The notes: generated from the sequence alone by a model not told the origin. A stretch of 63,998 bases of DNA, filler included, from Porpidia crustulata (GCA_964255105.1; 12 parts of 12 records of this genome joined end to end with filler, not necessarily neighbours in it), one strand, 5' to 3'. Shown: positions 12,819 to 26,000, numbered from the whole stretch's first letter. Program-made: numbers and translations.

Positions 12819-13668
12819 ATTAGAGATCTTATCGAATGGTCTTTAATCTTTTCATGACAAACTCTCACTCTGCATTCAAGGTTCCTGTTTGAGAATCCTT
12901 TACCCAGCAACAATTTTAGGAGGGCGGCCTGCCGAAGTGTCCAGGAGTTAGATACATGCCTACGTCGTCACTTCGTGGTGCAACGATTTAGTTCAAATTG
13001 GATATTCGATAGAGCCATGAAGAAATCAGGGTCATCATCTGAGCTACAAACTAGGTTCACCAGGTCCAGTCAGTGACGAAAATGCAAGACTAGATGCTGT
13101 CAACGCAGCTCGTAAGAATGGCAATCATGGTTTGCCACATGTTCAGGTTTGCATATAACATCCAGATATGTGCATATTTCGCGGAATTGCGGCTACCTAC
13201 AGCAGCCCCGCATTGGATTTTGGCTGTAACATCACAAGCGCAGAGTCATCAGTTGCCTTCTTTCGTGATGTTCTGCCTAAGAGCAAGGCAGTTCTCGCTT
13301 CCCAAACACCACGTACAATCGTCCTTATATAACGTCGTAGCCTTGCTGCTATCACACATCCATAGTTTGAACCGCGCTGCACACTTAGCAGGACCTTTTT
13401 ACAACAGATTTAGGCTTTGCCCACAATGGCCCAACAATCGACTGATGAGGTTTGTGCATCCTCGTCGCGCACACAGCAAATTATATGGACATCGACCTAA
13501 TCCGAAGTGTTTCAGGGCGTCCCGGATGGCACAGACAGCGTGGGGCGAAGTCCCCCAGCATTTAGATCGCATATTAATCCTACGATGCCGGGTTTAGCTG
13601 AGACAGTGAGTCTCTTGCTATCTAGCAGCAAGTCACGATGATAACGAACTGAGCGCCAGTTTCCCGAC

Positions 13669-13842
13669 ATGGGCTTCACAAAGGGCAAAAAGGTCTATGT
13701 CAACGGCCGGCGAGGTCCTGTAGGACCATGGGAGATAGTAGAAGTGCTCGGCAATGGGCGATACAAATTAAATGATGGGCAAAAGGTGGTGGACAAAGTA
13801 TTCAACGAGGCTGATCTAAGCACGAAGCCTCGCGTGGACTGA
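13669..13842 (+). CDS. 57-aa small beta-barrel (SH3/Tudor-like) protein; may have upstream micro-exons from about 13426
   Basis: Hand translation MGFTKGKKVYVNGRRGPVGPWEIVEVLGNGRYKLNDGQKVVDKVFNEADLSTKPRVD* shows the pattern F-x2-G-x2-VY...GPW-x-I-x2-V...G-x-Y-x-L...E-x-DL. Below the ORF-track length cutoff. Confidence 0.65.
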   Translation: MGFTKGKKVYVNGRRGPVGPWEIVEVLGNGRYKLNDGQKVVDKVFNEADLSTKPRVD

Positions 13843-14196
13843 GGCATTCAAGGCTACTTTCATTCATGATACACTAGCAGAATATCGTCGTCGATAATTC
13901 ATTTGTAAACGCTTGGCTCTGGACAATTATTCTTGAACTCGTATCACAACTGAATGCGGTATTCACATCGGTGGTTGTGAACCAACCATGGAGATGAAGT
14001 TGAGGGGCGTTTCTGTGTGCGCCCGGGAAAGGCACCCCATACAAAGCCCATTCACGCAAGGCTGAACGTGGCTGAGCAAGGCAGATTTGTACAATTTCTA
14101 GGACATAAACCTCCACATTACCCAGTGTGATTCCATAAGCCTCTTTGATGGTCAGAATAGCTCTTTCAATTCAAAATTTGTATATCATTTATTGCC

Positions 14197-15876
14197 ATGG
14201 GTGTCATGCCACCAGCCACACCACCCTCCACTGTTGTTTCGGCACAGTCAAGTCCGGTGTCACCGACTGGCGTTTTTGCGAATGGGTTCGAGTCTGATCT
14301 TGAGAAGGGCCAGTACAATGAGAAGAATGAGGAATCCAATAATGGTATAGACGTTTGGCGCATCATACCTCTCGATCCGCCGTTAACAGCCTTCGCAGTC
14401 GCCGAACCTCCAATTAAGATTCCGCAGAACAGTGTAGCTGGCTGGCACGGTTGGGTACAAAAATTTGCTCCATCAGCTCAGCTGCCGCATGATACATGGC
14501 GAAAAGAAGACGGACGGGAGAAACTTGTCCAACGAAGTACAGGTTCCGTCCTGACCCAAAGCAACTGTAGAGGTCTTAGACTGACCAAGCGACAGTTGAT
14601 GACCACCCGAAAGGATATCCCCAACTAGCAGCGCTTCTAAACAGCGACGAGAACTTTCTCATGTGCCGACGCTTTGGGTTTCTCCACTCAAGGGTTTTGC
14701 TCTACCGTCAGGACGAACTTTACCAGCTTGAAAAGAAGCTCCTCGCCCTGGATGAAGCCGATGCCGAGGAATCGCCATTGGTCCTACGTTCAAGGCAGGT
14801 CGATAATGAGCAAGATGAACAACAGATGCGAAAAAAATTGATTGAGAAAATTGATGGGAAACTCAAGGAATATGGTAAGGTTCACTGCAATTGACGATGA
14901 AAGAACTTCTTCGGCTAACATCTGCAGACGAGTTAGTACAAAGGATCAAAATATCTGTTTCAACTAAGGTTGCAACTACACGCAACTACAATAGCGTTTT
15001 CAACTGGGTGATGGGCCGTAAGCCTGTTTGCCGCGGAGAATCTGAGTTTATGAGGCACAGAGAGGATTTTATCGCTCTTGGCGACGAACAAGAGGGTGGT
15101 TGGTTTGACGCTATTGTTGAAGACGCACTTGGCTGTCTGCCGCGCACACTTGCGCAGGTACATTACTCTTCGTCATTTCACTACGGTAAAATAGATGTCT
15201 TCGGAAGAATTCTAACTCAGAAGACAGGCTCTATTCACTCATCCTGAGCAGCGGAAGAAAAGCGACGATTCTTACGTTCATCTATACAGCAAATACCGCA
15301 TCGATGTCGTAGTGAGGCTGACACTGACAATTATCGCTGTTGCTCTTTTAATGGTGCCCACCACAGTGCTCTTCCTGGTGCCCGAACATGGTACCCTTAA
15401 GATCGTTCTAATCATGCTCTTTACGCTGCTCTTCAGCGCGGCAATGAGTGTTTTCACAAAGGCGAAACGGCATGAGATGTTTGCGGCAACCGCGGCGTAA
15501 GTTCTCCCGATCTCTTTCCCGCATTTCCTTTCGTGAGCCTGACGTATCCCCAAGTGTCGTTGCGTTAATGCTTGTTCTTCCAATGCTGGCATTGGCCCTG
15601 TTCAATAGTGCGAGGACTTGATACTCCTGTCTTCCTCGATCATAATACTTGAAAGCATGCATCTTTTGAATGTCAGGCTCTTTGTTTGCACGAATCATAA
15701 CTCTGCGGCCACTACGGTCTCGCAAAAACTCTTTATCGAGACCGATTCCATTACCAAGACTTCCCAAAAAGATCACACGCTAGTCCTAATCCGGTAATTT
15801 TAGATACTGTGCTGTCTTAGTGATTTTCCTTGGCAACATCGCTCCTCAAGTAGCTGCTCCAGCTGGCCATTCGTGA
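14197..15876 (+). CDS. DUF6594-family membrane protein; exons 14197-14542, 14596-14874, 14928-15157, 15228-15496, 15804-15876
   Basis: VDDHPKGYPQLAALLNSDENFLMCRRFGFLHSRVLLYRQDEL signature. C-terminal hydrophobic helices end TKAKRHEMFAATAA/YCAVLVIFLGN. All four GT-AG introns keep frame. Confidence 0.85.
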
Positions 15877-18295
15877 CGAACGGGATGGCCGTCTCGAACG
15901 CCTCCTGTGCCTCACGCCCGAATGGCTGAAACGGTGTGGATGCGACCGACTCACGGGACCGGCCAATCGGAGGCGAACCTCCAAGAGAGCGTCAGCGAGC
16001 CCGTAGCTGAACCGTTTGCCGCCTGAGTGGCGGGTATGACGATGAGCTTGGAAGGNNNNNNNNNNNNNNNNNNNNNNNNNNNNNNNNNNNNNNNNNNNNT
16101 TAATTAATTAANNNNNNNNNNNNNNNNNNNNNNNNNNNNNNNNNNNNNNNNNNNNGGGGTAGAGGAGGCCGTTGTGGTACTGTGTATGGAGCCGGTATGA
16201 GCGGGGCATGGATGTTGAGGATGATGTCGATGGTGGAGGGTAAGAATTGGTGTAGTATGAAGACCTGGAGAGTTTTCTCGATTGAACGACTACGTAGCGG
16301 TCCATCTTCGGGTAGAAGTCATCGTGATGCTAGGGAGATCTCTGGTTGTAGTGTAATTGATGGCTGATTCGTCGCTTCCGAGATTCACTTCTGCATCGGT
16401 GGATGGATGGATCGCGAGGGGGTAAAGAGGTGGGTGGAGTGTAGAGACCGTGGTGTCGTGGTTGATGAGATTGTAGTTGATAGTATTGCCGGATTCTCCG
16501 TCCTTGATGAGGTTTTTATTTCGAGGGTTTCTGTGCCAGCGCCTGGGGAGTGTTTTAACATTTTTTCTGAAATGGGTATCACTGAAATTATGATATGGCT
16601 CGTTCCAGGCATCTCCTGAACAAAGAGCAATTTCTCCTTATGTACCATCTGTGGCATGTGGAATCAAAAATCGACGTTTACCTGGCCAGTCCGAGTCGAG
16701 CTATTGTGTTTAAACCGATTCGTTAAAATTTCGGATTGAGGATCAAATTTAATAATTTTTTTCAAGAGATCAAGGCAAGCGAGTCGCTGTATTTAATATT
16801 GGTCATATTATGATAGACTTGGATTTGACAAGTGAAATAGCTTGGGCCGTTTTGCAACTCCGTGATAGCAGTGAGACTCGTTAATCATTGCTGCAGACAG
16901 GATTCGGAGTGACAATGTTTGCGTATCTTTGTTCATAAGAGTGTACTCGAATTGGTATACCTCATCTACTTACCACGTTTTATAAATCCAAAGAGGACTG
17001 CCCTTAGGCACAAGAAATGACACGCTGGCGACTTTACATTGGCGCCAATATTTCACCCCGTTTGCGTCTCTTTTTGTCGGCCACGACATACGAAATGGAA
17101 AGTTGAGACTCTATGACGAATAGGATATTCGGTCAATGTACAATCAGAAACAGCTAGAACCTCGTCACTAGCTTTTCTTATCTTCAGAAGCTAGAAAATG
17201 ATCAAAACGAAGGTAACAGCCAAGGAAACTCCTACAGGCCGAAGAAAGCTGTTGCGACACTAGAAGATCTCATTGCAGACATCTTGTAGAATAGGCCCGG
17301 TTCAGTCTGGGTATCATGAGTCCCACGGCATCACCATATCTAGCATGTGATCAGTCCTTTTCATGCTGGTGCCAACCAAGTTGACCATCTCTCGTAAGAG
17401 AGCAGTCTTGGATAAGAGCCTTGAGGATGGGGAATAGGCTACAGCAAATAAGTATCCACGCTGGATTTTCCGGACTAGCCAGAGGAACAACAAGAAGTGG
17501 TCCATTCCTGCAGGCTTTCCTTTGAATAAGGAAATGGTAGAATAAGATGCAGAGCACAAAGGCCAAAGGCAGTATGAGTAGCAGTAAGAATAAATAATCT
17601 TCCGTATTGCAACAGATACAGGTTAAAACAATAGTACATGCTAGATCAAAGTTCACACCCACGGAAAGAATCCGAGTGGGCTCTGGATGTAGAGATTCCC
17701 TTGCTGACGATGGTGGTCTCGTGTTAGCGCAAATAGCTATTGCTTCTGCTTATTCCAGCGAATATATGCAAAGAATACCGGGGATCGACTTTGAGACTGT
17801 CATCCCTTCTATCCCAAAAGGAATCAAAAAAATATCATCGACGGGTATCTCGAATGGAGATCTGCGATATGGTCAAGGGATTGAGTCCGGAGCGTATCCT
17901 TTCTAATATGAGTTCTTCTGCTAAATATTTGATCGGCTTGCTCTGCCTGTATGGTAGCTAGCAAGAGCATCAATAGTGTCACCAGTATCACCAAGCATTG
18001 TTGGTACTTCTGCCTGTTTGGGAGCACCGCTGAATTGAACACGAAGAGGTAGATCAAGCGAAGCGTTGCCCTGCCAGCGGAATAAAGTAAACAACAACGC
18101 ATCCTTGTAACAATTGACGCGCATTTGAAACATCTTGAATTATCGCGAGAACATTTTACCTACCATACCTACGCAAATCATACTGTCTGTTCAACCGCGT
18201 GGCCAAGGTTCTGGATATGTGTGCTGCTCAATTAGCCTGGCTGCGTATCAATATTTCCCATGACTGCGCATTGAACTCAAAATAGCCAAACCGCC

Positions 18296-20830
18296 ATGGG
18301 CACAGTATCGCCGACACCATTCGGGTTAAACCAAGATAGCTTTCCTCGACGGCAACCATCACGACAGAATCTCCGACAGCAGCCTCCAAGACCAAACCTT
18401 AAGCGCGGTCCGCCTCTTTCTTTGGCACATACTGCCAATGATGGCCCTCTACCCGAGGCTTGGAAGTTTTCCATTGGCGACAGCTCCGATGATGATGTAC
18501 CAGTACCGCCCATGAGATTCAGCGCCGAAGCAAAAGCCTTACTTGGAGACGAAGTTTCAGTTATAGGATCTTCTCCGGCACAACGCGACCGTGCGCTCAA
18601 TGATCGTCTGGTTAGAGGGGACCCCATATCCACATTGAAACGAAGCCCCTCGTCCTTCAAGTCCCTAACGAGAGAGCATACTGCTTCTCCAGCTTCAAAT
18701 CGGTCTGGAACTCCTCGCATAGTAAGACTGAGCGGAGGGGTGGCAATAGGACGTAGGGTGAGCCCTAGATCAACTATAGAGGGAAACCGCGATGGACAAG
18801 CGTCACATGACCTGATTACACCTGCTCCCCGACCACGGAAACAGCTTGGAACTAGGATTGCTGGGAACACATCATCAGAGGTCGACAGATCAAAAACCTC
18901 TGCGCCTGCATCAGCATCCTTGGAAGATCCAGTTGAGACCAAGTCAGGGTCAAGGGAGGAGGGTGATAATGTAGTACACGAAGCGACTGCACAAATGGGA
19001 ATTCTTTCGATAGGCAGAACGAAGGGCGATGAGACGGGTACACATGGTTCATTACGGGTGAAAAGGGTGGGCAAGGTTACTGGTCGATATCTCAGTGGGC
19101 CGGCAAGAAGGGGAATGAAGCGAAGGCAAAGCGAAGAAGAGCAGAGTCCGATACAGGAAGACATAGGGTCTTCAGGGGGAGCAGTCCATGAGTCCTTGAA
19201 AATTCGGGAAAATCTTGTACCTCAGCAGCCTGTCGATGAGCCTCCGTCAGAGAAGCCCGAGCCCGAGCCTCGATCTCACGTCGGTCATAGCCATGACCTC
19301 CATCCCACGCGCCTTAGGAGCCAAGCCAGCATTATCACAGGAAGCCCAGTGCCTAATGATGAAAGATTGCTTAAACCACTGGAACCTGTCATCCAAGCTA
19401 GAATAAAGCCTGCGCCTGCTCCTCTACCGCGCCTGGATAGTTCATCCGACAAATTAATCCCACCAGCATTTCGAGTCCCATCACTCCCGCCACTACCATC
19501 GAGATTTGATCAAGAGAATGAGCCGCCGCCTACATTTAAACGCAATAAACCAAATGGCCTCGCTCTGTCGGAGAGACACGCTAAGTTGATGACGGATGGG
19601 AAGATGTTGATCAATACCCCTGCTACGAACTCGCCCCCAAGGACTGCTTTGGCGGCTCGAAGTCAAAACACTCCCCACCGGCCAGCTCCACCACCTCCTA
19701 AGATGACCGTTTTAGAGACTGCAACTGCCACGGCGGGCGCGGCGTCGGCTTCGCAATCCAGAAAGAAACGAAGCTACATCTCTGTCAACGGGAAGCTATT
19801 CACGCGTATGGACTGTATTGGCCGAGGAGGAAGTTCCAAGGTGTACCGAGTTATGGCTGAGAACTATAAAGTCTTTGCCCTCAAAAGAGTCACTCTAGAG
19901 GATCAAGATGAGGCAGCTATTCGAGGCTACAAAGGCGAGATCGATTTACTTCGAAAATTAGAAAGCGTCGATCGAGTAGTCCGACTCTTCGACTGGGAAG
20001 TCAACGAGGCAAGACACACCCTAAGCGTGCTCATGGAAATGGGCGAGTCCGATCTCAACCGTGTTCTGACCATGCGTCTTAACGCTGAAGAGGCCGTATT
20101 CGACATTACCTTCGCCCGCTTCTACTGGAAAGAAATGCTCGAATGCGTTCACGCGGTCCATCAACACGAGATTGTCCACTCGGATCTGAAACCCGCAAAC
20201 TTTCTCCTATTACAAGGGAAACTCAAACTCATCGATTTCGGTATCTCCAATGCCATCCAAGACGACACCATCAACGTCCATCGCGAGCAGCATATCGGGA
20301 CCCCAAATTACATGTCACCGGAAGCACTCGTTGACTCGAATGCAGCGAGTGGTCTGCCGTCGAGTGTGGGTAAGATGATGAAGTTGGGCAAACCGAGCGA
20401 TGTGTGGAGTCTGGGTTGTATCCTGTATCAAATGGTGTATGGCAAACCACCATTTGCACATATTGCCAACCAAATGCAGCGTATTATGGCAATTCCCAAT
20501 CCCCGTCACGTTATTGCTTTTCCCTCCCACGGCATCGGCGGTAAGCCAATCTCGACAGGGCTCATCAGAACATTAAACCGCTGCCTCGACCGCGACGCGA
20601 AATCGAGACCAACAGTTGAGGAATTACTCAGTGAATCGGACCCTTTCCTTTATCCAGATTTCCAGGTCAAGGGGACGGTAGCTATCAACGAACCGATGCT
20701 TGAAAGGATCCTGAAGAATATTATCGAGCATGTGAAGAAAGGAGGTGTACCGACCGATGAGGAGATGAAGCCGTGGCCTGGTTTGTTTTTCCAGAGTATC
20801 CAAAGGGCTGCGGAGGAGGGAAGAGCTTGA
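18296..20830 (+). CDS. MPS1: Spindle checkpoint kinase Mps1/Mph1 (TTK)
   Basis: IGRGGSSKVY, YKGEIDLL, HSDLKPANF, DFGISNAIQDDTINVHRE..IGTPNYMSPE, SDVWSLGCILYQMVYGKPPF after a long disordered N-terminus. Confidence 0.93.
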   Translation: MGTVSPTPFGLNQDSFPRRQPSRQNLRQQPPRPNLKRGPPLSLAHTANDGPLPEAWKFSIGDSSDDDVPVPPMRFSAEAKALLGDEVSVIGSSPAQRDRALNDRLVRGDPISTLKRSPSSFKSLTREHTASPASNRSGTPRIVRLSGGVAIGRRVSPRSTIEGNRDGQASHDLITPAPRPRKQLGTRIAGNTSSEVDRSKTSAPASASLEDPVETKSGSREEGDNVVHEATAQMGILSIGRTKGDETGTHGSLRVKRVGKVTGRYLSGPARRGMKRRQSEEEQSPIQEDIGSSGGAVHESLKIRENLVPQQPVDEPPSEKPEPEPRSHVGHSHDLHPTRLRSQASIITGSPVPNDERLLKPLEPVIQARIKPAPAPLPRLDSSSDKLIPPAFRVPSLPPLPSRFDQENEPPPTFKRNKPNGLALSERHAKLMTDGKMLINTPATNSPPRTALAARSQNTPHRPAPPPPKMTVLETATATAGAASASQSRKKRSYISVNGKLFTRMDCIGRGGSSKVYRVMAENYKVFALKRVTLEDQDEAAIRGYKGEIDLLRKLESVDRVVRLFDWEVNEARHTLSVLMEMGESDLNRVLTMRLNAEEAVFDITFARFYWKEMLECVHAVHQHEIVHSDLKPANFLLLQGKLKLIDFGISNAIQDDTINVHREQHIGTPNYMSPEALVDSNAASGLPSSVGKMMKLGKPSDVWSLGCILYQMVYGKPPFAHIANQMQRIMAIPNPRHVIAFPSHGIGGKPISTGLIRTLNRCLDRDAKSRPTVEELLSESDPFLYPDFQVKGTVAINEPMLERILKNIIEHVKKGGVPTDEEMKPWPGLFFQSIQRAAEEGRA

Positions 20831-21529
20831 TTGGATTTTTCTTTGGGATGGTGGAATTGGGTATTGTTTTGGTTTCGGATGTTCAATCCTTTGCATCTTT
20901 TTGCGTTTTAGCGACTCTTCGTACTTACATGGGGATTGGGATTGGGGTATTGGTTCAGCGTGTGGCTATAGCGACTAGCATTCAAGGTATGTGGAGAAGA
21001 AGGATTCATGAAGTCTGGGTAGCGCGCACTGTGCTACTAGGATTGCATAACAGGATCTTAGATATTCGATAGGAGGTCGGTATATACCCTTTGCATCAGA
21101 TATATTACAGTCTACTGGACTACGATGTTGAAGTGAATAAGTGAAAGTGATTGAAACTCCAATGTCAGGATACATATGCGTGATTGAAGAGATCCCGTTC
21201 TGTGGGATTGATAGTCAATTAATGGAGCTGTACTCCTTTTTCTTTCCCTCATTAGTCTACTTCGCACTAGAGCGGCATCGGCTACACGCCCGATCGGGAA
21301 CGAGACTAAAGTCCACACTAGCGGCAGATTTTGTACTCACCAATGTACGCGAAAACCCTCGAGCACCTCGTAACCACCACCGTCAACAAACTCAACCCAT
21401 CCACCACAATGCTCAGCACAAGCCTCCGGNNNNNNNNNNNNNNNNNNNNNNNNNNNNNNNNNNNNNNNNNNNNTTAATTAATTAANNNNNNNNNNNNNNN
21501 NNNNNNNNNNNNNNNNNNNNNNNNNNNNN

Positions 21530-22371
21530 GGCGCCAGGGTTGCGGGGGTTTCTTGTAGGCTGTGGACATGGTCGAATGCTGAGAGCTGCCTAATAGTCCA
21601 TCGTCCTCTCGGTCTGTCGCCACATCTCGTTCATCATCGACATCTTTCCCGCGCGCAAAGATGATTGTGGGAGTGTCTGATCCATGCTTTTTCCGCTTCA
21701 GAGGCTCTAGGGGGAGAACCCCAAAGAAGCTCACTAGCATGACAACTGGTAGGAGCGAAGAAGCGAGCAATGTCGTTGTCACGCTCAACCCGAGCGATAT
21801 CGTAGCAACTGCATAGGCCCCCGCTCCTATGAGCCCTGCCGCCCCGGTTCCACTACCCCAGGCTGCGAGACTAAAACGGCCGTAAAAATGTGTCATGCTT
21901 AGGAAACTCAGCTCGCCGCCTCCGCTGCTCAGACTTGCCAATATAACCCCGGCCATTTTCACGGAGACGCTACCACCATCAATGTATTCGGGCGTCAGGG
22001 CAATAAGTAGCATGCCAACCGTGGATATGGCGACGAGGAGCAGCACACGGATCGTATATGGCAGATCGTGGAGGAAGTAGGGGGCGATGAGTTTCATCAG
22101 GAACGAAGGGACGACATCCGCGAGAAGCACGACGCTTTTCGGAACGTTGGGTCCGACCAGGTCGAGGGCTGCGGAGAGGATGATTACGTAGAGGACGTTG
22201 TTGATCAGGCCTCACGAGACGTCAATATGATTCGTGGAATTTTGATGGATGAAGCGTACCGAATAGCCAGAACGCAGTGCAAATTCGAGGGTCTGCGCCG
22301 TCAAAGGCGGACTTCAGGCGGGATTTGTACATGGCCCAGGACGACGATGGGCTTCCTGGTAACGGAAGCAT
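21530..22371 (-). CDS. BTN1: Battenin/CLN3 family protein, 5' part (truncated by contig end)
   Basis: [61 protein letters not shown]. Confidence 0.93.
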
Positions 22372-23013
22372 TCTGTGGTCAGGGACAGATTTAGTAAACC
22401 AGAACATTAATATATTGATAGAATGAGCTGCTTCATTAGAAGCGCATCAACGCGAAGGAAGACGAGGGGTCAGGTCCCGAGGTAGCACGTGGGTATTGCG
22501 GGACATGAGGTTGGGAAAGGGTCAGACATTCGAGACTAGGCACTGCAGAAGAGATGGGATCAAGGAAGAGAAGAGATGCGTTTGAATCAATAGGCAAAGA
22601 GATTCGTTCCATGTACGCTCTCTACATTCGGATGTATTTGAAGCTTTTGACAGAGATAGGAAATGAGGATACTCGTTATGGCTTTAGCCTCTTCCTTTCC
22701 AGCCCAATTCAGCTTAGCTGTTATCTATACAGGGGATTCGGCAGGGCGTGACGTCGATCCCGCACTTCCCGCGTAGCCCCGAGCTCTTCACAGATCAGCG
22801 CCAAAATCCATTCCCGTTTTCTATTTCCCGTACATCTACTCTACTCTGCGACCAAACGTTCGCTCCCTGTTGGATCGCCACATGGTTACTATGCCTTCAA
22901 TAGTCTCGCGTTGACCATTTCTTCGAGCTATGCGCCCTCGAGAAATCATTCTTATCGTTTGTAAAATCTAAGATTTCCTCTGCTGATCATAATCCTATCG
23001 CACCCGATCGAAG

Positions 23014-26000
23014 ATGGACCAACGTCGCTCAGCCCCACATCCCTTTGGAAGACCACTTTCAAGTCAACTTCCCAACGATGCACGATTTGCTCCGATACCC
23101 CCTCCACCATACACTTCACAATCTCCGACGCAAAGACCAGATCTTCCACATCATAATGACCGCTTCCTCCGACGCAGAACCGAGACGGACGACCAGCGAA
23201 GGAGTCCGCCCGGTATCTCTTCGCCTCGAGGATATTCTTTCCCAAGCAACTCCCAGCTTACGGCGAACTTATTCCCAGGGGCCTCGGATTTTGCGAGTAT
23301 AGCACACCCGCGCAGAAATAGCTATGGCTCGGCGACCCCGTTTGGTCTTGGAGGGACGGATCGATATGGCTCTAGGATAACATCAGGTACGCGACTCTAT
23401 GGGATTCGGAACTCGACCCGAATCTAGAGGTATTTCCTCTTCTGTGAAGCTCGATGTACCGAGTCTCTGCACTGACTGTTCCAACTTGTTTATTACGTTG
23501 TATTTCCTACGCTGCGACACCATTAGTCTACTACGTCCTTCTAAGCTACGAGTACAGCCGAGCCATATATTCTAGCTTTCTATTATTTTGGGTTATCTCA
23601 TTACCAGCGTCACATGGCTTATAAACGATAATGGTCTGTCTTTTACTCAGCTTCTCTATCTCTTTGCTTTGCAGACTTGCATGATATTTGAGTCTGATGT
23701 CGCTCGCTCCTGTTTGGCTTCTCGATACATCAGGACCTATTCATTATATCAGCTCTCCGTCCGTCCACCACATTTCTCGACTATCCTCTCTACTTTGATT
23801 TTCGTCTTCCTCTGCTGAGATTGTCAGTCGATCCGCTAACGGTCTACTGGGATTCCCCATATCCCGTTCTACCTCATCCCTGCTGCCTCGGGATCTCCAC
23901 ATTAGCGTTACCGATGACTTTTCTTTGCTAACGCATGTAATCTGACGTTTCAGATTCAGATCCTGCGAATACTCCCCACCAGGCCCTTCCACCACCTCCT
24001 CCACCCGCCAATTATGGACCTTCACCGCACCTGCGGAACTCTCAGGGGGGAGAACCGGCAAGACAGATAGTCAATAGACCTACCTCACCGAGGATGCTTG
24101 GAGGTACGTACTTCCCGGCTACTCCAGTCAACCCCGCCCCCTGGCGCACCGTGATTTCCAGATATCGTTTCCTCCGACTGATCATATTGCCTACGCGATT
24201 CCATCGCTCTACAACCTGTTTTCCATGCCTTTTGCACCTGCAACGCCGTAAACCTCTCTTACACGGCGGCTGATTGTAACACGTGTCTTTCTAGATCAAC
24301 CACTTCCCCCTCCTCCGCCATTTAATGGTCGTCACATGCTGCCACCCTCGTCGCCACAGGCTTCCCAACCACAACATAACTTCCAAGCTTCAATTTTGCA
24401 AAGACCTCCTCCTCCTCCTCCTTTCTCCGGTAACCGCGAACTTCCAGCATTGTCGACAGCGCCTCGGCCTGGGAGCAGCATGTCAATCTCCTCAATGCTA
24501 GGGACGGATCCAGGAAGACCAGCTCGCGAGTCTATACCATACTTGCATCCTACTGCATCGAAACTCACCTCAATAGCTGCTTCGCCCTCCGTACCGGCCC
24601 AATCCCCTACTCGTGCTTATCACAGCGGTAGTGCCGATCAGTGCTCACGATCACCTGAGAACTATAAAACAAGCCACATGGGAACAACGCGGCAATTCCG
24701 TGCATATTCTGGTGGATCACCACGACGTTCAACTTCCAGTGCCGATGCTACGCTGTCGGAAGCCTCAAAGTTTGGAGCAGCACCATCATTCCAGCCCTCT
24801 CCATATTCACCCTCGCCAGACAATGGGTCGCGTCAAGATTGGAAAAATGCACACAATAAAAGTCAAAGTACCGACAGAATGACACAACGTCCGAACAGCC
24901 AACCAATCAGCCACGGTACGTCTGCCCTCGACGTCCAAGACAGAACGCAGCAGCCTTTCGGAATTTCTGAAATAAATGAGCTTCGACGGCTCCAAGGTGC
25001 CAAAAGGTATATTGGGAAAACGGAAAACACGATTAGTGAAGCAGCCGTCGGTCAGGCGCGCCGTGACTATCGCGATTCGCAACTTATACCCGAGCCACGA
25101 CTGGAGCCACAAACCGAAAGGAGGCCTGGGAACCCAACGACACATACGAGTCCTAACCAGAATCGGTCCCAGGGTTTGAACTATCCATTCTTGGCCAGAT
25201 CGTCCGCCAATTCCGAGATTGCAAGCAGTCGATTTGGTTCTCAGGTTGGGTCTGTTGTCCACAGCGCATTAGAGAGAAACTCGCCTACGTCTACCACTCT
25301 AAGTCAGTCACCATTCTCTCCAGAATCTCTCCGCCGTTTGCGTGATGAGCGCCTAGCAGTGGGAACACAGCAACACAGTATAACACTATCTCCAGCAAAC
25401 CCTCAATCGCGACTGACAGAGCTCGTGGAACCTCCACGGGACAATGCATACGCTCGGACTGCTTCTGTACCAGCAACCTTGGGCGCGCCTCCGACAGCCA
25501 ACAGTAATGATCATCGCAATAGGTCTGGGGATGACATGAGCCTCATACAAAAAAGCTCGGTTTCTATATTCATGGATAGCCAGAAACGGGGTGGTCGAGT
25601 TTCACCCCTACCTCAAGCAGTCCAAGGCGCGCAAGGCAAGCTCAGCACCCCTGCAAGTGATCCTGGGATCAAGAATGAATTTGAGAGGATGTTCATCGGC
25701 ATTGGGAGTGGAGTGGGTAGTATTGGACCCATACGCAGCGAGACGTCAACTCCCTTCCAGCAAAGCCCAACAAGGAATCAAGAACCCGAGCGAAGAGCTC
25801 CATTTGGCACTCAAAGCGATGTAATCGACTCGAATAAGCCTCGAGCTGGTTCAAGGGTTGGTAGGCGCGTGCGGAAGCCAAAGGAAGACCTACTTCAAAT
25901 TGATAAAGAACACGTAGATGGTCGAGCGTCTGTTGGGGCCACCAGTTTTAGGGGCATGAAGCGAAGCAGGCCAAGCCAGCAACAGTATGTTTCCTCTTTT

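Noticed and set aside
13094..13597. 167-aa ORF between the caspase-like and DUF6594 genes
   Set aside because: Composition is not protein-like and it overlaps the probable promoter and introns of the microprotein gene.
16156..18133. Several short protein-like minus-strand ORFs upstream of MPS1
   Set aside because: Multiple stops, no consistent splice model and no recognisable domain.
18277..19164. 295-aa minus-strand ORF
   Set aside because: Antisense shadow of MPS1 with no motif.
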